From contig DATJSI010000062.1 of assembly GCA_035504215.1 (NCBI GenBank), positions 31,311 through 95,310 of the forward strand: a DNA stretch of 64,000 bases, in the 5' to 3' direction. The notes under the pieces are model-generated. The model worked only from the letters and a program-made list of their open reading frames with translations. It ran no database searches and was not told the origin of the DNA. Source of the stretch: Mycobacteriales bacterium. GTDB taxonomy: Bacteria > Actinomycetota > Actinomycetes > JAFAQI01. This document shows positions 19,562-29,853 of this stretch, piece by piece; the stretch's first letter is position 1, and every line of letters begins with the position of its first letter. A program made the position numbers and the translations under genes.

Positions 19562-20077
19562 CTACTTGACCACGCCACCGTTGGGGTTGAGCGCATACCA
19601 CGCCCCGCCGAACTGACGGTTTCCGATATTGATCACCGAGCCCTTGGTGGTGTCAAACCGGTAGGTGTGCAGCGGGTGGCCCTTGTAGGTGACCTCCCGC
19701 AGCTTGCCCTTGGGCTTGCCGCGGTACGGGATCGAGCCCAGCAGCGACTTCTTGATCCCCGGGCCGGCCACCGGCTTGCCCGTGGTCGTGACCGCCGGCC
19801 AGTCCTTCTCACAGCCCTTGATCTTCAGGCACTCGTCCTTGCCGTGCTTGTCGCGCACGAACATGTACACCGTGTAGCCGGAACCGTTGACCACCAGCCG
19901 TCCCACGTCGGTGTGGCCGACCCGCACGGTGGGCTTGGTGTGCGAAGGCCGACCGCCCGCTGCGGCCGTCGCACTGGCGGCGAACACGGCGGTGCTCGTG
20001 AGCGCGGCCGCCGCTGCCAGTCCGAGCACCAGCTGCCTGCGTGTTCCGGCTCCGCGGCGCGTGGCGCGGCGTTCCAT
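19562..20077 (-). CDS. COG4315-type secreted lipoprotein repeat protein
   Basis: 171 aa. Signal peptide, GYTVYMFVRD and C-x-K-x-WP (GCEKDWPAV) motifs of the Yx(FWY)xxD-repeat family. AGGAGG RBS before ATG 20077. The upstream 400 aa of the ORF-track entry are GC-frame noise. Confidence 0.65.
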   Translation of the reverse strand: MERRATRRGAGTRRQLVLGLAAAAALTSTAVFAASATAAAGGRPSHTKPTVRVGHTDVGRLVVNGSGYTVYMFVRDKHGKDECLKIKGCEKDWPAVTTTGKPVAGPGIKKSLLGSIPYRGKPKGKLREVTYKGHPLHTYRFDTTKGSVINIGNRQFGGAWYALNPNGGVVK

Positions 20078-20143
20078 GACGGCCTCCTGAGGGTCGGTCC
20101 TTGTGGCTCTGGCGGCAGCGTATCGACTACCGCCGGTTCGTGT

Positions 20144-21442
20144 ATGGTCCGGCGGATGCGAGAGATCTTGGACGGGGACGGCTCCGGCCTGACCCGCCGG
20201 CGGTTCGTCGTCGGGGCATCGGCGTTGGCAGCCGGCGGGGTCGCCGTCGGGCTCGGGACCACGCAGGCGTCCGCGGAGCCCCGACCGCGGATGGTGCCGC
20301 TCGGTGAGCAGCCACACGGGTTGCCCAAGCGCCAGCACGCGTGGCACCACTACCTGTCCAAGGACCCCTACGGCAACGCGAATGCGCCGAAGTACGACCG
20401 GCTGCTGTTCTTCGACGTACGAGGCACTCCTACGCCGGCCCACGCCCGGCTGCTCGAGTCGCGGCTGCGGACTCTCGAACGCCACTTTCACTGGGGCCAC
20501 ACGGGCCTTCTCTTCACGGTCAGCTGGGGTCCGAGCTACTTCCGGCTGCTCGGGGTCCACTCGCCGATTCCCGAGGCGACCAAGCTGTCCAGCTTCGAGC
20601 ACCCGCTGATCGACAACTACGACGTCTGCATCCACCTCGCCAGCGACGATGAGAAGCGGCTCAAGCAGGTCGAGGCCGCCCTGGTGCACGGGCACAAGCT
20701 TCCCGGCGTGAGCGGCTCGCTCTCGGTCAAGACCGCGCTGCACTGGCGCGAGACCCGGACGGGCTTCACCGGCGTCGGCATTCCTGCCGCGCACCAGGGC
20801 GCCAAAGGCATCCCGTCCGGCCACCCGGTGCCGCACAGCTCCCCGCTGTTCATGGGCTTCAAGTCCGGCCTGCGCAAGAACCAGGCCAGCGAGGACGCCG
20901 TCACGATCAAGCACGGACCGTTCGCCGACGGCACCACGATGCACGTCAGCTACATGCGCGAGACCCTCGACGGCTGGTACGACAAGCTCTCGCAGGAGGA
21001 CCGCATCGGGCTCATGTACTCGCCGCAGACCGACGCCGCCGGGGTGCAGAAGATCATCGAGGACAAGACCGACACGAGCGCCGACACCAAGCAGATCGTG
21101 ACGGCGATCAAGAAGTACGGCAAGGTGGGGCACTCCCAGGCCACCGCCCAGGCCCGCAAGCACGGCAGCCCGCTGATCATCCGTCGCGACTTCAACACCG
21201 CCGACGACGGCTACGCGGGCCTGCACTTCGTCTCGGTGCAGCACTCGATCGAAGACTTCGTCGTCACCCGGAACGCGATGAACGCCACCGGCGCCCACAA
21301 CATCAACAAGAAGGTGACGGCCACCAAGCACAACGGCATCAACGCGTTCATCAAGGTACGCCGGCGCGCGAACTACATCATGCCGTCGCGCGCCGACCGG
21401 TCCTTCCCGCTCCTGCCCGGCCGAGCCGCCGTCCTTCTCTAG
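20144..21442 (+). CDS. Tat-secreted Dyp-type peroxidase-like protein (putative)
   Basis: Twin-arginine motif TRRRFVVGASALAAG. MGFKSGLRKNQ resembles the GFKDGxxN Dyp motif. Alternative start 20156. The leading 160 aa of the track ORF were rejected. Confidence 0.5.
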   Translation: MVRRMREILDGDGSGLTRRRFVVGASALAAGGVAVGLGTTQASAEPRPRMVPLGEQPHGLPKRQHAWHHYLSKDPYGNANAPKYDRLLFFDVRGTPTPAHARLLESRLRTLERHFHWGHTGLLFTVSWGPSYFRLLGVHSPIPEATKLSSFEHPLIDNYDVCIHLASDDEKRLKQVEAALVHGHKLPGVSGSLSVKTALHWRETRTGFTGVGIPAAHQGAKGIPSGHPVPHSSPLFMGFKSGLRKNQASEDAVTIKHGPFADGTTMHVSYMRETLDGWYDKLSQEDRIGLMYSPQTDAAGVQKIIEDKTDTSADTKQIVTAIKKYGKVGHSQATAQARKHGSPLIIRRDFNTADDGYAGLHFVSVQHSIEDFVVTRNAMNATGAHNINKKVTATKHNGINAFIKVRRRANYIMPSRADRSFPLLPGRAAVLL

Positions 21443-21446
21443 CCGA

Positions 21447-23537
21447 TCAGCCCGGGAGGCGCTTCACCTTGAGTACGCCGTCGTCGGCCGCCCACGCGAT
21501 CCGGCCGCCCGCGATCTCCGGGCCTGCCTGGTAGGTCCGCTGGTCGAACAGCTTCCTGGTGTGCCCGTCGTAGCTGCGTAGCCAGAACGACGTCGCACTC
21601 ACGATCAGGCCCTGCTGCGAGAACCCGTCGCGGAATGTCGCCGTCGTGTCGAGCAGCGCACCCGCCGACGTCAGCGAGTAGAGCCGGTGCGACAGCGAGA
21701 TCGCCGGCTTCATCGTGTGCGCGTTGCGCAGCTTGTTCTCCGGCTTCGAGAGCTCGTGCGACACCGGCAGCGCGCTCCAGCCGACCCAGCTGCCGTGCAT
21801 GTAGACCGAGAACTGCACACCACCAACGTCATGCGGGAGAGCCTTGGCGAGCTGCGCCTTCTGGTGGGTGCGGAAGTTCTCGCGGTAGATGGCGCCGTGC
21901 CGGGTGGCGTAGGCGATGTGGTTCTTGCAAAGCGCGATCCCGGTGTAGTCGATGCCGCCGGAGATCTTGCGGACCAGGTAGGTCCTGCCAGTGTTCGCGT
22001 CGTACACGTCCTCGTGTGACCCTCCGGAGACTGTCCGCTGGAACAGCACCTCGCTGCCGGACACCTGCAGGATGCCTTGCCCGAGGACGTTCGGCACGGT
22101 CGCGGTGTCACCGGACTTGCTGTGGACGTGCAGCGTCACGGTGACCGGCTTGCCGCCGTAGGTCGCGTAGACGGTGATCGCGTCGGACGCCCCGACCAGG
22201 TTGCCGGTGACCTTGCCCGTCCCGGTGCTCAGCAACGTCGCGCTGCCCGCGTGCGCCTGGCCCTTGTTCGTGCTCAGGGTGCGCGCGAACGCGGACTCCA
22301 CCCTGCCGGGCCGCGAGCCGACCTTCTGGTCATCGGCGTAGACGACCCGGGAGGACGCCAGCGCGAAGGTGTCGACGCTGACCGGCGACGCCCGCTTCGG
22401 TACGACGGTCTGCGCCGAGCCCGCCGAGGAGATCGCCCTGAGGCTGGTGTGGTCGACGGTGCCGGCAACAGCGACACCGGTCGCGGACACCAGGTCCGAC
22501 CACAACCCGCTCGCGGCCTTGGTCTGCGTGGTCGAGCCGGCCGGCTGCGTGTAGACGTCCTGGCTGTAGATGGCGTGGTCGGCGTCGGCCTGATCGAGAT
22601 ATCCGGCAATCAGGCTGGACCCGGCCACCGCGGCCGCATCCGCCGGCTGGCCGCTGCGCTCGGGCGCGACGGTGGGAGCCGACCCGTCCAGCGGCACCAG
22701 GTAGGCGCCGCTCGCGCCGTAGCCGTCGTCCTCCGCGGGCTCACCGGTGCACGCGGCATAGGTGCTGGTGACATCGGCGCACCGGACAGGGTCGGTCGAG
22801 CCGGTGTCGAGCACGACCGGGGTATGCGGCGCGGCGAACGGGATGTACGCGGCCTGGCCGGTCGTGTCACCGACGACGACGCCGTCCGGGCCCGCACCGC
22901 CGAACACCAGCGGCCTCGGGGTGACACCGAGCGGCGCGGTGGCGAGCGTGACGGTGGAGCCCGACGTGGTGCGCTCTCTGACCGTTCCGTGCTCCGTCGA
23001 GTACACGATCCCGCCGGGCGCGGCGGCCAGGTACTGGTCGGTGGCCGCGAGGTGGATCGTCGTCCGCTTGCCGCTCGGGACCGTCCAGACCACCGCGTCG
23101 GTGTAGACCGGGTAGCCGTCGTCGGCGTTGTTCTCGCCGGCCGCAAGGGTGGAGCCGGTCAGCGACCACCCGCTGACGAAGTACTCGACTGTGGTCGGCA
23201 CCGTGGCGAGCTTCTTCGTCGTACCGGTGCCGGTACGCGTGTAGAGGACATGGTCGCCGGATCCATCGGGATCTGTCGCCGCGCCGAGGTTCACGTCGCG
23301 CGCCAGGCGGTGCTGGCGGTCGAACACCAGCAGCGCGGGGGAGCCGGTCAGCGCTCGTACGTCGTCCGACTGAGTGCTGGCGCCGGTCGGTGTGAGCGAG
23401 CGCGTTGCGTTGCTCGCTGCAACCGCCGGCGGCATCAGGTCGCATACCGTGAGGGCGGCTGTTACCGCTGCCGCGGCCGTCGTCCCGAGCCGTCGCTGGC
23501 GCATCGTGTGTCTCCCCGTTGTGGACCGATCCTGCAT
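21447..23537 (-). CDS. large secreted hypothetical protein
   Basis: 696 aa. N-terminal signal peptide (AAAAVTAALTVCDLMPPAVAAS). Thr/Gly/Ser-rich beta-type composition. No family recognised. Confidence 0.6.
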   Translation of the reverse strand: MQDRSTTGRHTMRQRRLGTTAAAAVTAALTVCDLMPPAVAASNATRSLTPTGASTQSDDVRALTGSPALLVFDRQHRLARDVNLGAATDPDGSGDHVLYTRTGTGTTKKLATVPTTVEYFVSGWSLTGSTLAAGENNADDGYPVYTDAVVWTVPSGKRTTIHLAATDQYLAAAPGGIVYSTEHGTVRERTTSGSTVTLATAPLGVTPRPLVFGGAGPDGVVVGDTTGQAAYIPFAAPHTPVVLDTGSTDPVRCADVTSTYAACTGEPAEDDGYGASGAYLVPLDGSAPTVAPERSGQPADAAAVAGSSLIAGYLDQADADHAIYSQDVYTQPAGSTTQTKAASGLWSDLVSATGVAVAGTVDHTSLRAISSAGSAQTVVPKRASPVSVDTFALASSRVVYADDQKVGSRPGRVESAFARTLSTNKGQAHAGSATLLSTGTGKVTGNLVGASDAITVYATYGGKPVTVTLHVHSKSGDTATVPNVLGQGILQVSGSEVLFQRTVSGGSHEDVYDANTGRTYLVRKISGGIDYTGIALCKNHIAYATRHGAIYRENFRTHQKAQLAKALPHDVGGVQFSVYMHGSWVGWSALPVSHELSKPENKLRNAHTMKPAISLSHRLYSLTSAGALLDTTATFRDGFSQQGLIVSATSFWLRSYDGHTRKLFDQRTYQAGPEIAGGRIAWAADDGVLKVKRLPG

Positions 23538-23646
23538 ACCTGTCTATCCGACGCCTGGCACGGGCCGCGCGTTGACAGCGGTCGGATGCCAGAAATTCCC
23601 GCCGCCTGTCGCCGCGGGCGACGCCGGATCAACTAAGGTCCGCACC

Positions 23647-24486
23647 ATGACTGCCGGCGCGGGCTGGGGACAGGCGTTTCGCGCCGGGAGCGCGGATGCG
23701 ATGGGCGCCTACCGCGACACGTTGTTAGAGGCGGTCTTCCGTCCATGGGCGCGCTTGATGCTCGATGTGGTCCAGCCGGAGCCGGGCGAGCAGCTGCTTG
23801 ACGTCGCAACCGGGCCGGGCACGGTCGCCCAGGCGGCAGCGGTCCGGCTCGGACCGTCCGGACGCGTGACCGCCTGCGACATCAGCCCAGCCATGCTGGA
23901 GATCGCGCGAGCGACGGCGCCCCAACCGGACGCTGCCCCGATCGAGTACGTCGAGTCACCGGCGGTGCCGCTCTCGGCCGCAACGGAGTCGCACGACATC
24001 GTGACCTGCCAGCAGGGTCTTCAGTTCATGCCTGATCGGGTCGCTGCACTCGACGAGATGTCCCGGGTGCTTCGTCCGGGCGGCCGGCTGGGTGTGGCCG
24101 TGTGGGCCACGATCGAGCAGTGTCCGAGCATGGCGGCACTCGAACGCGCGCTGCGCGACCAGCTCGGCGACGAGATCGCCGACCGGTATCGATCCGGGCC
24201 GTGGGGCCTGTCGGACGGCTCGAGCTTGGCGGAGCTGCTGCACGCCGCCGGCTTCGCCGAGGTGCAGGTGGACAAGCGAGCGTTGACGGCGGTGTTTCCG
24301 GGTGGCGTGGCCCAGCTGAGCGCCAGCCTCGCCGCCTCGGGGGTGGCCGCCGAGGTGGCGAGCATGCCCGCCGAAGACCGAGCCGCTCTCGACCAGCGGA
24401 TCGCTCATCACCTGAGCTCGGTGATGGCGGGCGAGGCAGTAGAGGCGGTTATGCACTCCAACATCGCCACCGCCGTGAAGAAATGA
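23647..24486 (+). CDS. class I SAM-dependent methyltransferase
   Basis: Motif I LLDVATGPGTVA and post-I acidic residue. About 280 aa. Confidence 0.75.
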   Translation: MTAGAGWGQAFRAGSADAMGAYRDTLLEAVFRPWARLMLDVVQPEPGEQLLDVATGPGTVAQAAAVRLGPSGRVTACDISPAMLEIARATAPQPDAAPIEYVESPAVPLSAATESHDIVTCQQGLQFMPDRVAALDEMSRVLRPGGRLGVAVWATIEQCPSMAALERALRDQLGDEIADRYRSGPWGLSDGSSLAELLHAAGFAEVQVDKRALTAVFPGGVAQLSASLAASGVAAEVASMPAEDRAALDQRIAHHLSSVMAGEAVEAVMHSNIATAVKK

Positions 24487-24534
24487 AGCGCTTTGAGTGG
24501 CTCGGAGTAGATCGCGGCTCTGGCGACCGGTGAC

Positions 24535-25791
24535 TCAGGTGACCAGCGAGTCGATATGGCCGTGCTGGGGTTGATGGGCTGGTGCGCCGGCCGCGTGAGC
24601 GGCCGCCAGGCGAGTGCGACGCAGCCCGGGGATGAGCAGGACAGTAACCGTCAGCGATGCGCAGCCCATGACACCGATTCCCGTGGCTGCGGCTGACGGT
24701 CCGGTGCCGAGGTGCTGGGCAGCGAGCCCGGCGAGCAAGGCGCCGATGCCTTGCATCGCCATCATGCCGGTGGAGTTGAGGCCGAGCACTTGCCCGCGGA
24801 CGCCCTGGTCGGTGTAGGTGACCAACCGTTCTTGCAGCGGGAGGCTGGCGGCGTACCCGAATGATGCCGCGAAGCCGAGCGGTATGCCGATCTCGAGCGA
24901 CGGGTGCACGAGGAACAGGATGTAGGGGATGGCGAGCAGGAACCGCAACGGTTCGAGCAGCCGGTCGCGGGTCCGGTCGGAGGTGAAGCGGCCGATCACG
25001 ACATCGCCGAGCAGCATGCCCGCAGCCGTTGCGGCGTACAGGTATCCGGCGTGCCGTCCGGCGAACGGGACGAACAGCGACTCGCACCCGACGACCAGAC
25101 CGTTCGGCACCCAGCCGGCCAGAAAAACGGGGCGAAGCATGCGGGAACCCAGCAAAGCGAGGTTGACCGCGTGCGCCCGACGGACTGCCGAATCGCTCGT
25201 GGCCCGAGGCGGATGGTCGCGGATTCCACTTACGGTGATGACGAGTGCGATGAGGGATGCGCCGGCGGCGACGAGGAAGAGATCCGTGGTCGTGAGCTCG
25301 AGGAGGAGGAGGCCCGCGAGCCCGTAGCCGACGATCTGCATCCCGCCGACCGCGATGTTGAGAGTGGCGCGGCCGAACACGAAGCTGCCGGGCGGAAGGA
25401 TGTCTGCGACGAGTGCGAGCGCGGAGCCGCCGGTCGCGGACATCGCGACCCATGGCAGCGCGAGGATGACGAACCTCATCCACCACGGCATGCCGGGGAT
25501 CGCCTGAAGCGCATCGGCGACGCAGCCCACGGCGGCGGTGATCCCGAGTGCGGTCCGGGGCCGCAACAGATCTGAGGCTGAGATCAGGAACCAGGACGCG
25601 ACCAGCCGCACCAGCGGCCCGCCGAACATCGACAGCCCGGTCAGCACCGGGTTGTGGGTTACGGCGTAGGTGATCGTGCCGAGCGCAAGGCTGCCGACCG
25701 CCGACGAACCAACCGCCAGGCACTGTGCGGCGAACAGCACGCGGAACTCGGGTACGCCGTACAACTCGCGGTAGGTACGCACAAGAATCAT
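24535..25791 (-). CDS. MFS transporter
   Basis: 12 predicted TM helices, typical MFS loop composition. Divergent from a wHTH regulator. Confidence 0.8.
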   Translation of the reverse strand: MILVRTYRELYGVPEFRVLFAAQCLAVGSSAVGSLALGTITYAVTHNPVLTGLSMFGGPLVRLVASWFLISASDLLRPRTALGITAAVGCVADALQAIPGMPWWMRFVILALPWVAMSATGGSALALVADILPPGSFVFGRATLNIAVGGMQIVGYGLAGLLLLELTTTDLFLVAAGASLIALVITVSGIRDHPPRATSDSAVRRAHAVNLALLGSRMLRPVFLAGWVPNGLVVGCESLFVPFAGRHAGYLYAATAAGMLLGDVVIGRFTSDRTRDRLLEPLRFLLAIPYILFLVHPSLEIGIPLGFAASFGYAASLPLQERLVTYTDQGVRGQVLGLNSTGMMAMQGIGALLAGLAAQHLGTGPSAAATGIGVMGCASLTVTVLLIPGLRRTRLAAAHAAGAPAHQPQHGHIDSLVT

Positions 25792-25840
25792 GCTGTGGGG
25801 CCTTCACGGCTCCGTCTATTGTTTCGCCTGGAGGCGAAAC

Positions 25841-26896
25841 ATGGGCACCTGGCACATTCCGGCCGATCTCTTGGCGAAGGCCCGTTTCACGATCTCCGCG
25901 AAGGCCGAAATCATCTGTGCGCTATCGGCGCTGGTCAATCCGGCGGACGCTACCGAGCGTGCGTTCCACGCCGCCCACCACGAGGCGTTTGCCGCCATGC
26001 TGGCCCGCGACCGGCGGAGTGAATTGATCGTCCGATACAGCTCCCGGCCGCCTCGCGGCCGGCAGCCGGGTTGGCTTGCGAACTACCTGTGCGCTCCACC
26101 CGAGCGACCGGGTGCGGGTATTGACGACGAGATCGCCGCTGTCGAGCGCATGCCGGAGGCCGAGCTGCGCGCGGACCTGCAGGAGGCAGCGGGCCGTCCG
26201 TTGCCCACCACCATGCGCTCCGCTCGGCTCGCGCCGGTGGCAGCCGAGCTGATGCACTGGGTCTGGACCCACACGGTCGAGACCGACTGGCAACGGCGGG
26301 AGCGAATCCTTCAAGCGGACGTGATCGGCCGCACCAGTCGCCTCGCCAGCCATGGCTGGGCCGCGGTCATGCGCGACCTCGGCCGCGACCGGGAATGGGT
26401 GGGCGACGGGCAGCTGCGGATCAACCGCTATAACCGCCCGACCCGCTATCTGCCGACCGCCGCGGAGTTGCACTTCATTCCCATGCTCTCCAACGCGACC
26501 CCGGTCGGCTGGACCAGGAGTGCGTACGCGATCTACTACCCGGTCGCTGGGCGCCTTGCAGCCACCGACGCAGGGCGGTCCGGTGGACTAGCCGCCCTGA
26601 TCGGATCAAACCGAGCCGCCCTGCTGAGGCATCTCAGCACTCCGGCGAGCACCACGCATCTCGCGAGCCGGGAGGGTCTATCCCTGGGCTCGGTCGGCAA
26701 CCACCTGTCGGTGCTCCTGCAGGCGGGAGTCGTGGCCCGGCAGCGATCGGGGCGCACGGTTCTCTACTGGCGTACGCCGCTCGGCGACTCCCTCATCGCC
26801 GCCGACGGCGGCGAAACCGGGCTCGAGACTCCGCACTACGGCACACCATCGACCGTGCTTCGCAAGCATCGACCGCCCGCACGTCAGGTCAACTGA
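25841..26896 (+). CDS. ArsR-like winged-helix regulator with N-terminal accessory domain
   Basis: C-terminal HTH (LSTPASTTHLASREGLSLGSVGNHLSVLLQAGVV). GGAGG RBS before ATG 25841. Confidence 0.55.
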   Translation: MGTWHIPADLLAKARFTISAKAEIICALSALVNPADATERAFHAAHHEAFAAMLARDRRSELIVRYSSRPPRGRQPGWLANYLCAPPERPGAGIDDEIAAVERMPEAELRADLQEAAGRPLPTTMRSARLAPVAAELMHWVWTHTVETDWQRRERILQADVIGRTSRLASHGWAAVMRDLGRDREWVGDGQLRINRYNRPTRYLPTAAELHFIPMLSNATPVGWTRSAYAIYYPVAGRLAATDAGRSGGLAALIGSNRAALLRHLSTPASTTHLASREGLSLGSVGNHLSVLLQAGVVARQRSGRTVLYWRTPLGDSLIAADGGETGLETPHYGTPSTVLRKHRPPARQVN

Positions 26897-26980
26897 AGGA
26901 AGGGCTGCAAGAGCTCGCGGCTTGGGTGGTCGTCAACGCCAGCCACCACGGAGCGGGCTAGCTCCGTTACCGGCCCACGC

Positions 26981-27526
26981 TCAGTCGCTGGTCGCTTTCC
27001 CGATCGCGTCGCGGGCCTTGTCGAGCAGCGCGGCGAACGGACCGAGTACGGCGGTCGCCGTGGTCGAGCGTGCGCTCGGGTGAGGGTGGGTCGGCGCGAC
27101 CTTCTCCGCGGTCGCAAGCGCCGTCTCGAGCCTTGCGAGGTCCTCCGAGTCCTGGCTCGCGCGAATGCTCGGGAACTCGTAGGTCTCTTCGTTGTGCGCG
27201 TGCTTCTGCACGTCGGCCGCGAAGGTCTCGAAGGTGGTGGTGAACTCCACCGAAGCCACATCGAGCTTCTCCAGCTGAGAGAGCACATCTTTCGCTTGGT
27301 TCTCTTCGGCGATCCGGGCGTCGGCGATCTCATCCCCGCCTTCGACGCTGCGCCGGGTGACGGGGCGCAGGATCAGCTCCTCGGCTGCCTCGTGGGTCGC
27401 GAGTAGCTGACGCAGCTCATCGAAGCTGGCCTGCCGGGCTTCGCCGACGCTGTTCTTGACCTGGTCGAGGAGCTTCTCGACCTGCTGGTGCTGGTCGAGC
27501 AGGAAGTCGATTCCGTCCTGAGTCAT
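26981..27526 (-). CDS. hemerythrin HHE cation-binding domain protein
   Basis: His/Glu ligand pattern (LLDQHQQVEKLL, THEAAEELIL, KHAHNEETYEFP). GGAGGA RBS. Immediately downstream of katE on the same strand. Confidence 0.7.
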   Translation of the reverse strand: MTQDGIDFLLDQHQQVEKLLDQVKNSVGEARQASFDELRQLLATHEAAEELILRPVTRRSVEGGDEIADARIAEENQAKDVLSQLEKLDVASVEFTTTFETFAADVQKHAHNEETYEFPSIRASQDSEDLARLETALATAEKVAPTHPHPSARSTTATAVLGPFAALLDKARDAIGKATSD

Positions 27527-27569
27527 GTCGGGTCCTCCATTCTGTCTGGCGGTCACGTCTGTCTGGCGG

Positions 27570-29672
27570 TCACGCAGATGTCGTAGTCGTGTGCGGCGTG
27601 CGGTCCCATGCGCGGTGCTTGCCGAGGGCTTCCGTGAGCATCGTGGCGAGGTCGTCGCCGCCCCGCTTCGCGGTGACGACACCGGGCGCCGCAAGGTCGA
27701 CACCTGCGGCTTCCAGAACCTCCGCTCCGTCGCCCCAGGCACCCACGCACTTGTAGTGCCGGTACATCTCCGCGATCAGGACCGCGAGGCGGTGATCGAG
27801 CGGAGCACCGATGCCGTTGCCGATGACGACGGCGTCGAACTCGATCGACCGCGTGGTGAGGAGCGTGCGCTCGACCGGCTGCGCGGCGCGGCCCTCACCG
27901 AGGCTTCCGCCCGTGTCGGCGATGACCCGCAGGACGGCGCCGTCCGCGTTGAGCTTCTTGCGCATGCGCGCGATGGCGCCCAGATCCGTGTCCGTCGTCG
28001 CCACCACACCCACGACGCGGCCGGCGATCGGGCCGGGCACGTCGGTCACCATGGACAGCGCGGGGGACGGCTTCACCTTCGCCGGCGCGGTCGCCGCCCT
28101 GGGGACCGCGAGGCCGAGACCCGCGGCGACCCGCTGGGTGAGCTCGGCGTCGACGTTGGCGAGCACCCCGACATAGCGCTCGCGGATCTGGTCGAACATG
28201 CACTTGCTGAGCTCGAACGTGAATGCCTCGACGATGTGATCTCGCTCGACCTCGCTCATCGAGGCCCAGAACAGCGTCGCCTGGGAGAAGTGATCGTCGA
28301 ACGAGGTCGGGCTCTCCCGTACCTTGGCGCCGGCCACCTGCCGTGGGGTCTGCACGAACCCGTCGTGCTTCGAGTCCGCCTCGAGTGGAAGGCCGTCGTC
28401 GAGGCTGTTCGGCCGGTAGGGCGCCACCCCCTTGTGTACGGCGGACTGGTGGTAGCCGTCGCGGAGCATGTCGTTCACCGGGCACTGCGGACGGTTGATC
28501 GGGAGCTGCGAGAAGTTCGGACCGCCGAGCCGGATCAGCTGGGTGTCGAGGTAGGAGAACAGCCGCGCCTGCATCAGCGGATCGTCGGTGACCTCGATGC
28601 CCGGGACCAGATTGCCGGTGTGGAAGGCCACCTGCTCGACCTCCGCGAAGAAGTTGGTCGGGTTGCGGTCGAGGGTGAGCTTGCCGATGAGCCGGACCGG
28701 GCAGAGCTCCTCCGGCACGATCTTCGTCGGATCGAGAAGGTCGATACCCTTGAAGACCTGCTCGGCGTTGTCCGGCATGACCTGGACGCCGAGCTCCCAT
28801 TCCAGTGGAACGCCGGCGCCGATCGCGTCGTACATGTCGCGGCGGTGGAAGTCCGGATCCATGCCTGCGGCGAGTTGTGCCTCTTCCCATACCAGCGAAT
28901 GCACGCCGGCGATCGGCTTCCAGTGGAACTTGACCAGCGAGGTCTTCCCGCGTGCGTTGATCAGTCGGAACGTGTGGACGCCGAAGCCTTCCATCGTGCG
29001 GTAGGACCGCGGGATCCCGCGGTCCGACATTGCCCACATCACCATGTGGGTCGCCTCGGTGTGCAGCCCGACGAAGTCCCAGAAGGTGTCGTGCGCGGTC
29101 TGCGCTTGGGGGATCTCGCGATCCGGGTGCGGCTTGCCGGCATGGATCACATCGGGAAACTTGATCCCGTCCTGGATGAAGAAGACCGGAATGTTGTTGC
29201 CGACCAGGTCGAAGTTTCCTTGCTGCGTGTAGAACTTCGTCGCGAACCCGCGGACGTCGCGCACCGTGTCAGCGGACCCGCGTGAGCCGAGCACCGTCGA
29301 GAACCTGACGAAGACCGGCGTCTCGCGACCCTCTTGAAGGAAGTCTGCCTTGGTCAACGCCGCCGCATCGCCGTACGCGGTGAACAAACCGTGCGCGGCC
29401 GCGCCGCGCGCGTGCACCACTCGCTCCGGGATCCGCTCGTGGTCGAAGTGGGTGATCTTCTCCCGAAGGTGGAAGTCGTCCATCAGGGTCGGGCCGCGTT
29501 CGCCGGCCTTGAGTGAATGGTCGGTGTCCGGTAGACGGACACCTTGCGAGGTCGTCAGGTAGTCCCCGGTCTGCGCTCGAGGGTCGTCTCCGGTCAATGG
29601 CCCGCTCGCCGCTTGCCCGGTTTCGCTCGTTGGCGCAGGGGCGGACTGGCTGCGATGACGCTTTGGCGGCAT
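27570..29672 (-). CDS. katE: large-subunit catalase (HPII type) with C-terminal DJ-1/PfpI-like domain
   Basis: Catalase core signatures (FDHERIPERVVHARG, RLFSYLDTQLIRLGGPN), about 700 aa with a class-I glutamine-amidotransferase-like tail. Confidence 0.9.
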   Translation of the reverse strand: MPPKRHRSQSAPAPTSETGQAASGPLTGDDPRAQTGDYLTTSQGVRLPDTDHSLKAGERGPTLMDDFHLREKITHFDHERIPERVVHARGAAAHGLFTAYGDAAALTKADFLQEGRETPVFVRFSTVLGSRGSADTVRDVRGFATKFYTQQGNFDLVGNNIPVFFIQDGIKFPDVIHAGKPHPDREIPQAQTAHDTFWDFVGLHTEATHMVMWAMSDRGIPRSYRTMEGFGVHTFRLINARGKTSLVKFHWKPIAGVHSLVWEEAQLAAGMDPDFHRRDMYDAIGAGVPLEWELGVQVMPDNAEQVFKGIDLLDPTKIVPEELCPVRLIGKLTLDRNPTNFFAEVEQVAFHTGNLVPGIEVTDDPLMQARLFSYLDTQLIRLGGPNFSQLPINRPQCPVNDMLRDGYHQSAVHKGVAPYRPNSLDDGLPLEADSKHDGFVQTPRQVAGAKVRESPTSFDDHFSQATLFWASMSEVERDHIVEAFTFELSKCMFDQIRERYVGVLANVDAELTQRVAAGLGLAVPRAATAPAKVKPSPALSMVTDVPGPIAGRVVGVVATTDTDLGAIARMRKKLNADGAVLRVIADTGGSLGEGRAAQPVERTLLTTRSIEFDAVVIGNGIGAPLDHRLAVLIAEMYRHYKCVGAWGDGAEVLEAAGVDLAAPGVVTAKRGGDDLATMLTEALGKHRAWDRTPHTTTTSA

Positions 29673-29853
29673 GAGGCCTCCTCGACCACGATGTGTCTAT
29701 CGAGGCTGCCCAGCGCCGGTGTCCATAAACGGCGTAGCTCGGGCAAGAAACCCTTGCGAATCAACAAAGATCAACTGTCATGCCGAGCAAACCCTGAGGA
29801 CACGAACGCAGTCCGTCGCACCTGGTGTGTTGACCCCGGCGGTGGGTAGGGAC

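Noticed and set aside
20078-21331. Upstream 418 aa of the 589-aa minus ORF 19562..21331
   Set aside because: Only the C-terminal 171 aa (from ATG 20077 with AGGAGG RBS) have signal peptide and COG4315 motifs. The rest is antisense to the Tat/DyP gene and low-complexity.
22077-23636. 519-aa plus-strand ORF
   Set aside because: Antisense to the 696-aa secreted protein gene. Arg/Gly/Asp-rich artefact.
27525-29285. 586-aa plus ORF and 380-aa minus ORF inside katE
   Set aside because: Overlap the unmistakable catalase reading frame. Artefacts.
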